Shown here: positions 7,922 to 15,880 of the stretch, in pieces
Position numbering within the stretch: position 1 is the first letter of the stretch
Layout of the letters: each line of letters starts with the position of its first letter
Program-made: the position numbers and the translations under genes
The notes under the pieces: generated by a model
What the model saw: only the letters and a program-made list of their open reading frames with translations
Told to the model about the DNA's origin: nothing
Databases searched by the model: none
Virus record (IMG/VR): IMGVR_UViG_3300034082_003237
Span: 1-52,935 of that record
Length of the DNA stretch: 52,935 nucleotides
Reading direction: 5' to 3' (one strand)
Source: a virus
Lineage: Duplodnaviria; Caudoviricetes

Positions 7922-8947
7922 TCAAGCCAGCGACAGGATAACTTCTTGTGCTAATACTTTCTTTTGCGTCACCCATGAATTGTTATTCATTGAAGCGAGC
8001 GCGCGCTCATCTGCTTTTGCATCACGATAATGGTCAAGGTATTCAGCAATAGCGTTGTATGCACTCCATCCGTTGTACCCGTAGCCACCGGCATTTCGCT
8101 CATTGTCATAGACTCCACGAACAAGCGCTACTACTCCATCACGGTTTTTCTTTTGTCTATCCGTACCGTTTGATTCTCCCGGAAACACCTTGTCAAGTAT
8201 CGTTGCTAGTTGCGCACTTCGTGGTGGAACCTTTACGGCTAGCAAACGATTCGCTGTCAGTTGGAATGACTTAGCCCACTCAGTTGATATTTCTAGAACT
8301 TTTTGCGATTCCTCTATAGCGCTATCTGCGTTACGAGTATGCCGGGCGGTGAACACCCGGCGAGCAGATGCCTGACCGGCAATTACCGTGTTCTTACATA
8401 CCGCACGAATTGAGGTATTGGCAAACGTAATCGCTGTCTTGCCATCGTGACCATTGCGAACCAGTAGGTAACGGTCTATCTTGTCGTTGATACCCGTGGG
8501 GTCAATGACGAGAGCGCCCAAGTCAAGCGAACTAAAGAACTCTCTGCCTTCGTCAAGCACGCCACAAGTGTCCACTACTGCGTCTCCCTTGGAAGCCCCG
8601 ACTATTGCGAGGGCGTAGTCCAAGCACTCACGGTTTTGCTGTACCACATAGCGAGTGCCTACGGTGGCCAGTCCGTCAAAGGTGCCATCAGGGTTCACTC
8701 TTACTGTCGCTCGGCTGTCTTTGATGAGAATCGGTGTGCCGTCAGGATTTCTAATCAAACTGCCATCAGCGTCAACGACTGCGACCTTCGTTGTAACCAC
8801 GTCAAAGTCAGCCTGCGCTGCCTGAAGCATCGCCTCTGCTGTCTGCAAGCCCTTCATAGGCACTCCTAGGCGGTGCCATGGCACTTCACGGTCTGCATAA
8901 GCCATCTTTGCTACGCCCTTAGTGTCTGTCTCCAGCATATGCGCCAT
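7922..8947 (-). CDS. DUF932-family phage/plasmid protein
   Basis: MAHMLE...PWHRLG, Y.VVQN, NGHDG, IRAVCKNT, W.AYNA..EY.DH motifs. Confidence 0.9.
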   Translation of the reverse strand: MAHMLETDTKGVAKMAYADREVPWHRLGVPMKGLQTAEAMLQAAQADFDVVTTKVAVVDADGSLIRNPDGTPILIKDSRATVRVNPDGTFDGLATVGTRYVVQQNRECLDYALAIVGASKGDAVVDTCGVLDEGREFFSSLDLGALVIDPTGINDKIDRYLLVRNGHDGKTAITFANTSIRAVCKNTVIAGQASARRVFTARHTRNADSAIEESQKVLEISTEWAKSFQLTANRLLAVKVPPRSAQLATILDKVFPGESNGTDRQKKNRDGVVALVRGVYDNERNAGGYGYNGWSAYNAIAEYLDHYRDAKADERALASMNNNSWVTQKKVLAQEVILSLA

Positions 8948-9052
8948 AACTTCGTGCCTCTCGCTCTTACTTCCAGTTAGATTTATCTAAAGGAAAGCAT
9001 ACACTCACCCTCCGCTCTATAGTGGATGGCGGGGCTGCATCGACACAGCAAA

Positions 9053-9078
9053 AGGGGCAGGCTGTGATACCTGCCCCT
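9053..9078 (-). terminator. Intrinsic terminator after 9092..9310
   Basis: AGGGGCAGG...CCTGCCCCT hairpin with a T-tract on the minus strand. Confidence 0.6.
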
Positions 9079-9091
9079 CGCTCTCGCTGTG

Positions 9092-9310
9092 TTAGATGTA
9101 TTCGTTATTCAGCCAGTCATCATTCGACTTGGTGGCTGTGAACTCACCAAACAATTGGCGAGCATATGGGGCGACAATCTCAGCACCTCGCTTTACCGTC
9201 TGAAACTGCGTTACCTTTCTGCCTGCCTTGTATCCAATGGCACTACCTGCGCCAAAGGATACGACCGCTGTGAACATCATCAACACCATCGTTACCAATA
9301 TCGTGGTCAT
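9092..9310 (-). CDS. Small membrane protein, 72 aa
   Basis: Hydrophobic N-terminus; GAAAGGGAG RBS. Confidence 0.75.
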   Translation of the reverse strand: MTTILVTMVLMMFTAVVSFGAGSAIGYKAGRKVTQFQTVKRGAEIVAPYARQLFGEFTATKSNDDWLNNEYI

Positions 9311-9349
9311 TTTTTCTCCCTTTCAGTTGAGAACTTCCTTACACCTGTA

Positions 9350-9378
9350 AGTATAGGGACATTTGTAGTCCCTGTCAA
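9350..9378 (-). promoter_or_regulatory. Consensus sigma-A promoter TTGACA-N17-TATACT
   Basis: Canonical hexamers and spacing. Confidence 0.7.
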
Positions 9379-9390
9379 GTCACCCGTAGG

Positions 9391-9663
9391 CTACCCGTGG
9401 AACCTTATTTCTTGCCCCACTTGGATTACTTGACCGTACTTCGCTACTAGGTCATCGGTTGCCTTCAGCGTGTTGCCTTGACACCACTTGACTGCGAGAC
9501 CGCTTAGCGTGTCGCCTTCTTGGGCAATCACTCGGTCAATATCGCAACGATAACTCTCATCGCCTCGCATTGCGACAATCATTGCGAATATCACAACGAG
9601 AAACACCAACGGGAGTGTGATTAGGTCACGCCTGTTTGTTCGGTTTGTGTGGTACTTGTTCAT
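9391..9663 (-). CDS. Membrane-anchored LysM-domain protein, paralog of 2954..3286
   Basis: TM helix; QEGDTLSGLA..C.GNT...L...YG..I.VG. Confidence 0.8.
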   Translation of the reverse strand: MNKYHTNRTNRRDLITLPLVFLVVIFAMIVAMRGDESYRCDIDRVIAQEGDTLSGLAVKWCQGNTLKATDDLVAKYGQVIQVGQEIRFHG

Positions 9664-9850
9664 TGCCTGCCCCTTTCAGTAGGTACTAATTACACTAGGG
9701 TAGTTTGTGTCACAGGTCAAGCATTTGCGAGCCTTATGGGCATTGGGTTTCACCCGTAGGGCTACCCGTGGGCACTGCGCCAACTTCATAAGCATTGGTA
9801 GGTGGCAAGGTGGGTGTGCTATGACACTGTATGCCGGGGCTTATGGCCTG

Positions 9851-10210
9851 CTATTGCTTAGGTGCGACTATCCACTCTCCACCACTAGCAAACACTGTCT
9901 CTCCCTCGAGCGTGCTTGACCATGCGTAGTTACAGCAAGGCTTCGCTTCGTATGGACTATGGTGACCGCCACTCTCTATCGACTTGGCTAGCAGTGGGAA
10001 GGTATCAAGAAACTTCACAACGCAATCGTGGCAGATACTCCATGACCTCGGCTCATCATCAGCCATCAACGCTTCGAGGTTGTCAGTGAAACCAGCATAG
10101 AAACCAAAGTGTTCATAGGGCAAGTACCAGCCACCATCTATCGTTTTTGCTGTAGGCATACTGGCCTGCCTCGCTTGACCACAAGCGTCACACTTCACTG
10201 CGTTGCTCAT
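9851..10210 (-). CDS. Cys-rich hypothetical protein, 119 aa
   Basis: CDAC...CHDC; overlaps the upstream stop. Confidence 0.75.
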   Translation of the reverse strand: MSNAVKCDACGQARQASMPTAKTIDGGWYLPYEHFGFYAGFTDNLEALMADDEPRSWSICHDCVVKFLDTFPLLAKSIESGGHHSPYEAKPCCNYAWSSTLEGETVFASGGEWIVAPKQ

Positions 10211-10500
10211 AGTGCGTACTCTCCTCGCTTCATTCGGTAGTGCGCCACTAGGTCATCACTACTGTTACTGCAAGGTGACCACACTACGTCTGCTTCGGTG
10301 AAGGTATCATCGAGCCTCAAGTGGACTACGACATAGTCGAGGGCATCGTCAGCGTGCCATGCGATATACCTCATGCAACCAACGAGGGTAGAGCGATACT
10401 CGAAGTGTTCAGGTAGGTCATAGCGACACATCGACCATGCATCACCATACGAGGGACATTCCACTACTGCGTACCTGCGTGTATCTTTCTCTACTCTCAT
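10207..10500 (-). CDS. Hypothetical protein, 97 aa
   Basis: ORF in operon. Confidence 0.65.
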   Translation of the reverse strand: MRVEKDTRRYAVVECPSYGDAWSMCRYDLPEHFEYRSTLVGCMRYIAWHADDALDYVVVHLRLDDTFTEADVVWSPCSNSSDDLVAHYRMKRGEYAL

Positions 10501-10634
10501 GGGGTAGGCGTATCTCTTGACGCCCGTATGCCACCCGTGCGCCTTGCGTTAGTCATTGTCTCTCAACTTCATAGCAAAGTACATCAGTGCCAATGCCACT
10601 AGGCACATAAGTTCCAAGACTCTATCGCCGTTCA

Positions 10635-10820
10635 TCACTCATAATCTACTGCGTCATCGTTGCTGTTAGCGAGGCTGAACTTGGGCATAACGAATAGCGT
10701 GTTGCCTATGCTGTAGGCGTTACGACTTGCGTTGTAGATAGCGTCAGGGAACAAGCGAACCAAGTCAATCGCTGTCAATGGCGTATCGCTTAGGTGAACT
10801 ATGTTTCGTATTCGTGCCAT
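10635..10820 (-). CDS. Hypothetical protein, 61 aa
   Basis: ORF in operon. Confidence 0.55.
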   Translation of the reverse strand: MARIRNIVHLSDTPLTAIDLVRLFPDAIYNASRNAYSIGNTLFVMPKFSLANSNDDAVDYE

Positions 10821-10837
10821 CGTCGTTGTCGTTCGCT

Positions 10838-11062
10838 TTACTTGGTGCTAGCGACTACGTTTGCGTAGTAAATGTCATCGCACCACTCGGACAACTTAGC
10901 CAAGTCGGCAACCAACGAACCTTGAGTGTCGAGCAATACCCGCAACCCATCGGGCAGCGTTTGCGAATTGCTGTCACCATTGCGCGCTATGCGCTGTATC
11001 GCCCTTGCTAGTTCCCAAGCGAATTTCGATACGTCAGTGAAGTTGTTTGGATTAGATACCAT
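10838..11062 (-). CDS. Hypothetical protein, 74 aa
   Basis: AAAGGGG RBS; first gene after promoter copy 10. Confidence 0.7.
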   Translation of the reverse strand: MVSNPNNFTDVSKFAWELARAIQRIARNGDSNSQTLPDGLRVLLDTQGSLVADLAKLSEWCDDIYYANVVASTK

Positions 11063-11091
11063 AATGTCCCCTTTGTGTAGTAGTTATCACA

Positions 11092-11121
11092 ATACTAGCA
11101 CATCGAATACCAGATTTCCAA
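11092..11121 (-). promoter_or_regulatory. Conserved early promoter copy 10 (TTGGAA-N18-TAGTAT)
   Basis: -35 at 11116-11121, -10 at 11092-11097. Confidence 0.8.
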
Positions 11122-11139
11122 AGGGGTAAGCGGGGCTCT

Positions 11140-11154
11140 TCGAACACCTGTTCG
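11140..11154. promoter_or_regulatory. LexA (SOS) box TCGAACACCTGTTCG
   Basis: CGAAC-N4-GTTCG about 19 bp upstream of the -35. Confidence 0.75.
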
Positions 11155-11209
11155 CCCTTGGTGAGCACCCGTTTACCAAATTTTTAGGATTGCCGTATCT
11201 TAAATAGAT

Positions 11210-11842
11210 TTATCTAAAGCGGCTCTTAGAGGTCTTCTTCTTGGCTTTTGACGCCAGGTAGGCATCCATGTCGTCTATGCGTGTCACAAGCTCTCGTATG
11301 CTCGTCCAGTCAGCCTTATCGCCTAAGTGCATGGCCGCCGTTTTAAGCTCCCAGCGCATGTCTGAGTCGAATCCCATGTCGATGAGTTTGATATGAATCT
11401 TGTTGAGGTCGTATATGACGATTGGCGATGAGGTGCCGTATCTAAAGTGCTCTCGTATTTCGCTAGATAGTTCTGCATAGTTGCCCTGCACATGTATGAC
11501 CTGCTCCGGATTCATGAGGTCCATTGCTATGTATCCATATGGCTCATCCATCTTGCTGAGAACGACTGGCATGAGTCCCCTCATTTTCTGGGCACCAAAA
11601 CCAGCTTCTTCTAACTGTCCAAGGAGTAGAACAATGAAGCATCCTTCATAGGTGAAGCTTCTGTCATAGCCTGAGACACCTGTCTGTATGTAGGCAGGGG
11701 GGATAAACCCTTCTTTAATCCAGTTATCGAAAGTCTTGAACTGAATCTCGGTGTAAAAGGAGAGCTCTTGCAGTGTGAGTGTAAGAGTTTGTTTCTTTTG
11801 TAGATGGAGAGCTTTGATTCTCTCTGTTTCCATTAGTGCCAT
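11210..11842 (-). CDS. MerR-like HTH DNA-binding protein, 210 aa
   Basis: LTLQELS...TFDNWIKEGFIP...G..RSFT pattern. Confidence 0.65.
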   Translation of the reverse strand: MALMETERIKALHLQKKQTLTLTLQELSFYTEIQFKTFDNWIKEGFIPPAYIQTGVSGYDRSFTYEGCFIVLLLGQLEEAGFGAQKMRGLMPVVLSKMDEPYGYIAMDLMNPEQVIHVQGNYAELSSEIREHFRYGTSSPIVIYDLNKIHIKLIDMGFDSDMRWELKTAAMHLGDKADWTSIRELVTRIDDMDAYLASKAKKKTSKSRFR

Positions 11843-12038
11843 TGTGTTGTTCCTCTAGGTGTAAATATAACAGATGCCTTGGAAATCCAGGATAAATTTA
11901 ACTAGAAAGTGCGCGCCGTTTTTATGCCAGTTCGGATTGCTGGCTGGCTATAAATATAGCGCAAGTCGTTAATGCTGTTTAAATTTATCCAATAGAGGGC
12001 TAAAAATAAAAAAATCGCGGGGAAAGCCGTCGCCTAGA

Positions 12039-12395
12039 TTACAGGGTTGCGGCGGCGTTTCGGTTTAATTTACGTAATACTCGGGACATTTCACTGCCGG
12101 TCTTTCCAATTTGAACAAATCGTTCATATTCTGACTCTTTGCGGATAACGCCCAGTTTTTTTAATTCCAGAAGTCCATGTTCGTTGATTTTGTATTCGGT
12201 TTTACCGTTTGCTGTATTGATGTCCAGAAATCCATACTTTTGCAGTGATGTGAAGTTGCGTTCGACATCTTTAATGAAAGCAGTTCTGTTCATTTGGAAA
12301 TTGCGGTAATCATTTACTGTAAACCACTTATTGCGAGTCTTTGCATAACAAAGAATCACATATGAGCGAGAGTCCTCTTTAATAACTGATTTCAT
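12039..12395 (-). CDS. Hypothetical protein, possible winged helix
   Basis: L.KYGFL...YKINEHG wing-like pattern. Confidence 0.6.
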   Translation of the reverse strand: MKSVIKEDSRSYVILCYAKTRNKWFTVNDYRNFQMNRTAFIKDVERNFTSLQKYGFLDINTANGKTEYKINEHGLLELKKLGVIRKESEYERFVQIGKTGSEMSRVLRKLNRNAAATL

Positions 12396-12447
12396 CGATT
12401 TCCTTTGCGGTTTGTGTTTGGCGATTGAGCATACCCAAGAACACCTA

Positions 12448-12684
12448 TCACTTGTCTGTGAATTTAAACCTTGATGGCTCGATGGTTCCGCCAGAAAAAT
12501 CTTCGCTGTAGTCGTAGCGGACAGATACTCCGTCCCATGGGGCTGGTGTCTCGTCCACTATCTTCCCGCACACGCTGCAGAAAAGGACCCCAGCCGCTTG
12601 ACTGCCTAGGAAGGTCTGCCAGTTCTTGCACTTGTGGGGTAGGCGGGATTTTAACCAATACCAGGAAAATGTGATGTAGTTCAT
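12448..12684 (-). CDS. Small Zn-finger-like protein, 78 aa
   Basis: HKC...CSVCG. Confidence 0.55.
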   Translation of the reverse strand: MNYITFSWYWLKSRLPHKCKNWQTFLGSQAAGVLFCSVCGKIVDETPAPWDGVSVRYDYSEDFSGGTIEPSRFKFTDK

Positions 12685-12717
12685 TTAGTCATCATAGCGA
12701 GCCATGTGAATAAATAC

Positions 12718-13242
12718 TCAGCCGTCAATTGGAACTAGCTCCGTATTGAAGCCAACCGTGGAGCAGAGTGAATAATAACCCTGTGTGAACAGCTTAATCT
12801 GTGAAGATAGAGCTTGATACGAAACATTCAGCTGTGCTAAAGAGTATGTAAATTGTCCAGAAAAATCATTTCTGTAAATTGTCCAATACGACACATCTTC
12901 TATGAGGGCGTCAACATGGGCATCTAGCCTGGAGTTGTCTAAACGTGCATATCCAACCACATTGCTATTTTCGTAATATTGAAAATCCAGACTATGCATA
13001 GTGAGCTTAATGTCTGTCAAATTTTTTGAAGCGATGGAAAAATTATCGGCGACAAATTCCGAAACAAACTTTTTAAACGAAGAATTAATCTTGGCGATAT
13101 TGATATCAATATCCGAACTTCTACACGCAGGAACCCCATTTCCGACAGCCAAGTAAACCTGGTCTGCTGAGCTCGTGTCGGCGGAGCTTCCAGAACCACA
13201 GGATGCCAAAATAATAGACGTGAGGATTAACAGTTTTTTCAT
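12718..13242 (-). CDS. Putative lipoprotein, 174 aa
   Basis: MKK + hydrophobic stretch + LASC lipobox. Confidence 0.7.
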   Translation of the reverse strand: MKKLLILTSIILASCGSGSSADTSSADQVYLAVGNGVPACRSSDIDINIAKINSSFKKFVSEFVADNFSIASKNLTDIKLTMHSLDFQYYENSNVVGYARLDNSRLDAHVDALIEDVSYWTIYRNDFSGQFTYSLAQLNVSYQALSSQIKLFTQGYYSLCSTVGFNTELVPIDG

Positions 13243-13253
13243 TTACTAATTGT

Positions 13254-13283
13254 AGTGGGCCAATGGGGATTGAAACCACGACC
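13254..13283 (-). repeat. Degenerate duplicate of the 3' end of the tRNA(CAT)
   Basis: agtgggccaatggggattgaaaccacgacc vs agtgggcccggtggggattgaacccacgacc (13533-13563). Confidence 0.8.
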
Positions 13284-13510
13284 TAGCAGTGTTTTTCGTA
13301 TGCACGGTAAGCAATTCTATTCACTTCATCGCTTAGGCGGTCAGCGACACTACCAGGATTATCCCAGCCAAGTTCATCCATGAGCATCTCAAACAGGTCG
13401 TAAACGGCACGCTCTAATAGGGCTACTTGCTTTTCCGGTGACCTTGGGATAGGACCCAGCTTGTATTTTCCGGTATCCCATTCGCTGTATGTGGTGTATG
13501 TATATTCCAT
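13283..13510 (-). CDS. Hypothetical protein, 75 aa
   Basis: AGGAG RBS; lies between the tRNA and its partial duplicate. Confidence 0.7.
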   Translation of the reverse strand: MEYTYTTYSEWDTGKYKLGPIPRSPEKQVALLERAVYDLFEMLMDELGWDNPGSVADRLSDEVNRIAYRAYEKHC

Positions 13511-13534
13511 TATTTCTCCTTTTGTCTGTTTGAG

Positions 13535-13597
<63 letters not shown>

Positions 13598-13607
<10 letters not shown>

Positions 13608-14350
13608 TCTTTTGCAAATTCTATAGATGTTTTGATTAGCCTGGAAAACTGTTCTATGCCCATCCAACTTAAACTTATCCTTTGATTGCAAAAATCATTT
13701 AACACTCGGTAGCTGAGTTCTTTATCCGACTCCCACCAGGATGTATCAATTGCTTCTTTTGAAAAAACACACTCCTTGGGCCCCCATGATGAAAAATCGT
13801 TATAGAAAACTTTTACATTCAACAATGTTGTTGGGGGGAATTTACGATAAATCTGCCAGCGAAATTCATCGTTGCTCGACTCGTTTAAATTACAGGAGTG
13901 GCACAATAGCCCTCGTATAAGTCCGCTTTCGTGGCAGTGGTCCATTACGATTTTAGAGTCATCGAATCCGCACATCGCACAGCGGTTTTCTTGCCAGCCC
14001 CATAACTCGTCCAAACCTTCCGAGCCCTCTAATAGCGAAGCTTTTTGGTCCCATCTTTCAGTATTGTGCTGCCATTGCAAATAAGCTGGTTGCGGTCGGT
14101 CGGTCGGTCGAAGATGTTCGGCATGTTTAAACTTTTTTTCTGTTTCATACAACCCTGCCATTGCACCATAATTCGAGTAATCACCCAGTGAGGAAATACG
14201 GTTTTTATTTTTTTCCCTATACTGCAAAGCCTCAAATAAGCTTGCTTCTTTTTTGGTTCTAAAAGTTTTAGCGATTTGCTTTCCGCTCGTATCGCGATAC
14301 TTAACTTGATAGGAGGTTCCCCGTTTGCCTACGCGCTTGTGAATACTCAT
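13598..14350 (-). CDS. Integrase Arm-type DNA-binding domain fused to an endonuclease VII domain
   Basis: MSIHKR...YQVKYRD..GKQ..KTF.TKKEA; Q..RCAMCG...DHCH.SG.IRGLLC.SCN. Confidence 0.8.
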
Positions 14351-14391
14351 TTTAGTTTTCGCCTTTTCTCACTGGGTTGCAGGCCCTTCGC

Positions 14392-14673
14392 TTATAAGTC
14401 TCTTGGCGGTATCGGCATCCCGCCACCAGCCATTTTTAGAAATGTTTTCTCGTCAATAACCTCAAATGACCATGCATCTTGGGTGAATCCATTATTTATT
14501 TCGTGGGGTCTTCTATCGATTAGCGACACCAGCCTGCATCTAGCCAATTTCCCGCCAATTTTTGAATTGACATACCAAGTCTTAACCGGGTCTCTGGTTT
14601 GCCAAATTACATAGATACAAGAATCTGTTTTACCGGCTTTGGTTATTTCTCCAATTGTACCTTTTTGCGACAT
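14392..14673 (-). CDS. Hypothetical protein, 93 aa
   Basis: ORF in operon. Confidence 0.6.
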   Translation of the reverse strand: MSQKGTIGEITKAGKTDSCIYVIWQTRDPVKTWYVNSKIGGKLARCRLVSLIDRRPHEINNGFTQDAWSFEVIDEKTFLKMAGGGMPIPPRDL

Positions 14674-14674
14674 G

Positions 14675-15076
14675 TCACTCCCCTTCTCCCTGCTTGACTA
14701 CTTTGTATTTTGCGTAGTGTAGATTTTTGTCAGCATACTCAGGATTTAGCGTTTTGTACCATCCGCCGATTGATTTCATGAGCACGCCAGGCCCTCCTGT
14801 TGCCTCGCATGTGCGCGCCGCAATTTCTTCGTATTTGGAGATTATCTTCCCGAGTGCTTTTGGCTCACGGCACGAATCTGATATCTCGATGTAGTACCTC
14901 AGACCGCCAAATTTTTCCTTCACTTGAAGTGGTATATAATTTGGGTCGATAGCAAGAAGTTCTTTGTGACAGTCAAGGACGATTTGATGCCACCCCTCAT
15001 CGATGTCGATGTTTTTCCACCAGCCATCTTTGATTCTTTGGGCGAGTTCTTTTATCTCCGTGCTTTTGTTGTGCAT
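14675..15076 (-). CDS. Conserved phage hypothetical protein, 133 aa
   Basis: GW...QVKEKFGGLRYY...TCE..G.PG motif. Confidence 0.8.
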   Translation of the reverse strand: MHNKSTEIKELAQRIKDGWWKNIDIDEGWHQIVLDCHKELLAIDPNYIPLQVKEKFGGLRYYIEISDSCREPKALGKIISKYEEIAARTCEATGGPGVLMKSIGGWYKTLNPEYADKNLHYAKYKVVKQGEGE

Positions 15077-15107
15077 GATGTGAATTTTCTTACCAATCTG
15101 GGTATTG

Positions 15108-15380
15108 CTACCCGCGTCTTCTGGTCTTATGTTTTGTCACGGCAGACGAATACTTCTCGGCATATTCCGGGTCTGTGTATTCCATCCTGACAACGTCGTA
15201 TAGTTCGTCAGCTAAGTCGCGCTCTTTTTGATAATCGTTTCTCCAGTTGTCTCTATCGAGACGAATTAAAACCATGCTGTCTCGTAAGGCTTTTATTTCA
15301 TTTATTACTGTTTGGGCAAATGGGCTAGGGCTTTTTTTGAGTTCTTCAATTATGTCCAGTTGGTCTTGTTCTTCCGACAT
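15108..15380 (-). CDS. Hypothetical coiled-coil protein, 90 aa
   Basis: ORF in operon. Confidence 0.7.
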   Translation of the reverse strand: MSEEQDQLDIIEELKKSPSPFAQTVINEIKALRDSMVLIRLDRDNWRNDYQKERDLADELYDVVRMEYTDPEYAEKYSSAVTKHKTRRRG

Positions 15381-15384
15381 TTAA

Positions 15385-15843
15385 CTATCCTTGCTCGTCA
15401 TATTTTGGGTTAATCATCATATCTCGGACGTCTTCGGGCATGAGAAGAAAACCTTTCGCAGGATTGTCCGCCCCACCAAGATTCATCTTATTGGATGCGT
15501 TAAATCTTTCTGGAAATGCTCGCAAATATCTTTTTAGCCTGTCAACCGAGACAACAACAAATGCGCCCTCAGGGGAAAAAATATAAACCCACCACTTTGC
15601 GGTAGTTATGTTTATTCCGCTTTTATTCCAGACCTGTACCCCATTGACGTCCCTGTATCCGCGTGGATTTTGGTCCGTTTCGACGACCATGCGACCATTC
15701 CTATACCTGTCGCTTTTTACTTCAAAGGAGCCGTCAGAAATGTCGTCAAGGAAGGTTGATACGAGTGATTCGCCCTGCTTGCCATATGCGAGGTCTTTTT
15801 TAAAATCAAATTTTCGTGCTGGGATATCAAATTCTGCAACCAT
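15385..15843 (-). CDS. Putative PD-(D/E)xK nuclease-like protein
   Basis: FKKDL.YG..GE...EVKSD....G.M.VE...SGI..T.A.WW. Confidence 0.65.
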   Translation of the reverse strand: MVAEFDIPARKFDFKKDLAYGKQGESLVSTFLDDISDGSFEVKSDRYRNGRMVVETDQNPRGYRDVNGVQVWNKSGINITTAKWWVYIFSPEGAFVVVSVDRLKRYLRAFPERFNASNKMNLGGADNPAKGFLLMPEDVRDMMINPKYDEQG

Positions 15844-15880
15844 CCACTAATCATGCCAGCGCTAAATTCGATTCACAACC

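Larger units (their letters stand above)
77..11137. repeat. Dispersed heptamer AGCCCCG/CGGGGCT, 23 copies
   Basis: Counted by eye at 77,140,592,1032,1057,1431,1903,1937,2353,2940,3353,3811,4750,5269,5952,6417,7108,7437,7886,8594,9030,9835,11131. Confidence 0.85.

Noticed and set aside
11878-11908. Eleventh copy of the early promoter (TTGGAAATCCAGG)
   Set aside because: Spacer box is degenerate and there is no TAnnnT at 18 bp.
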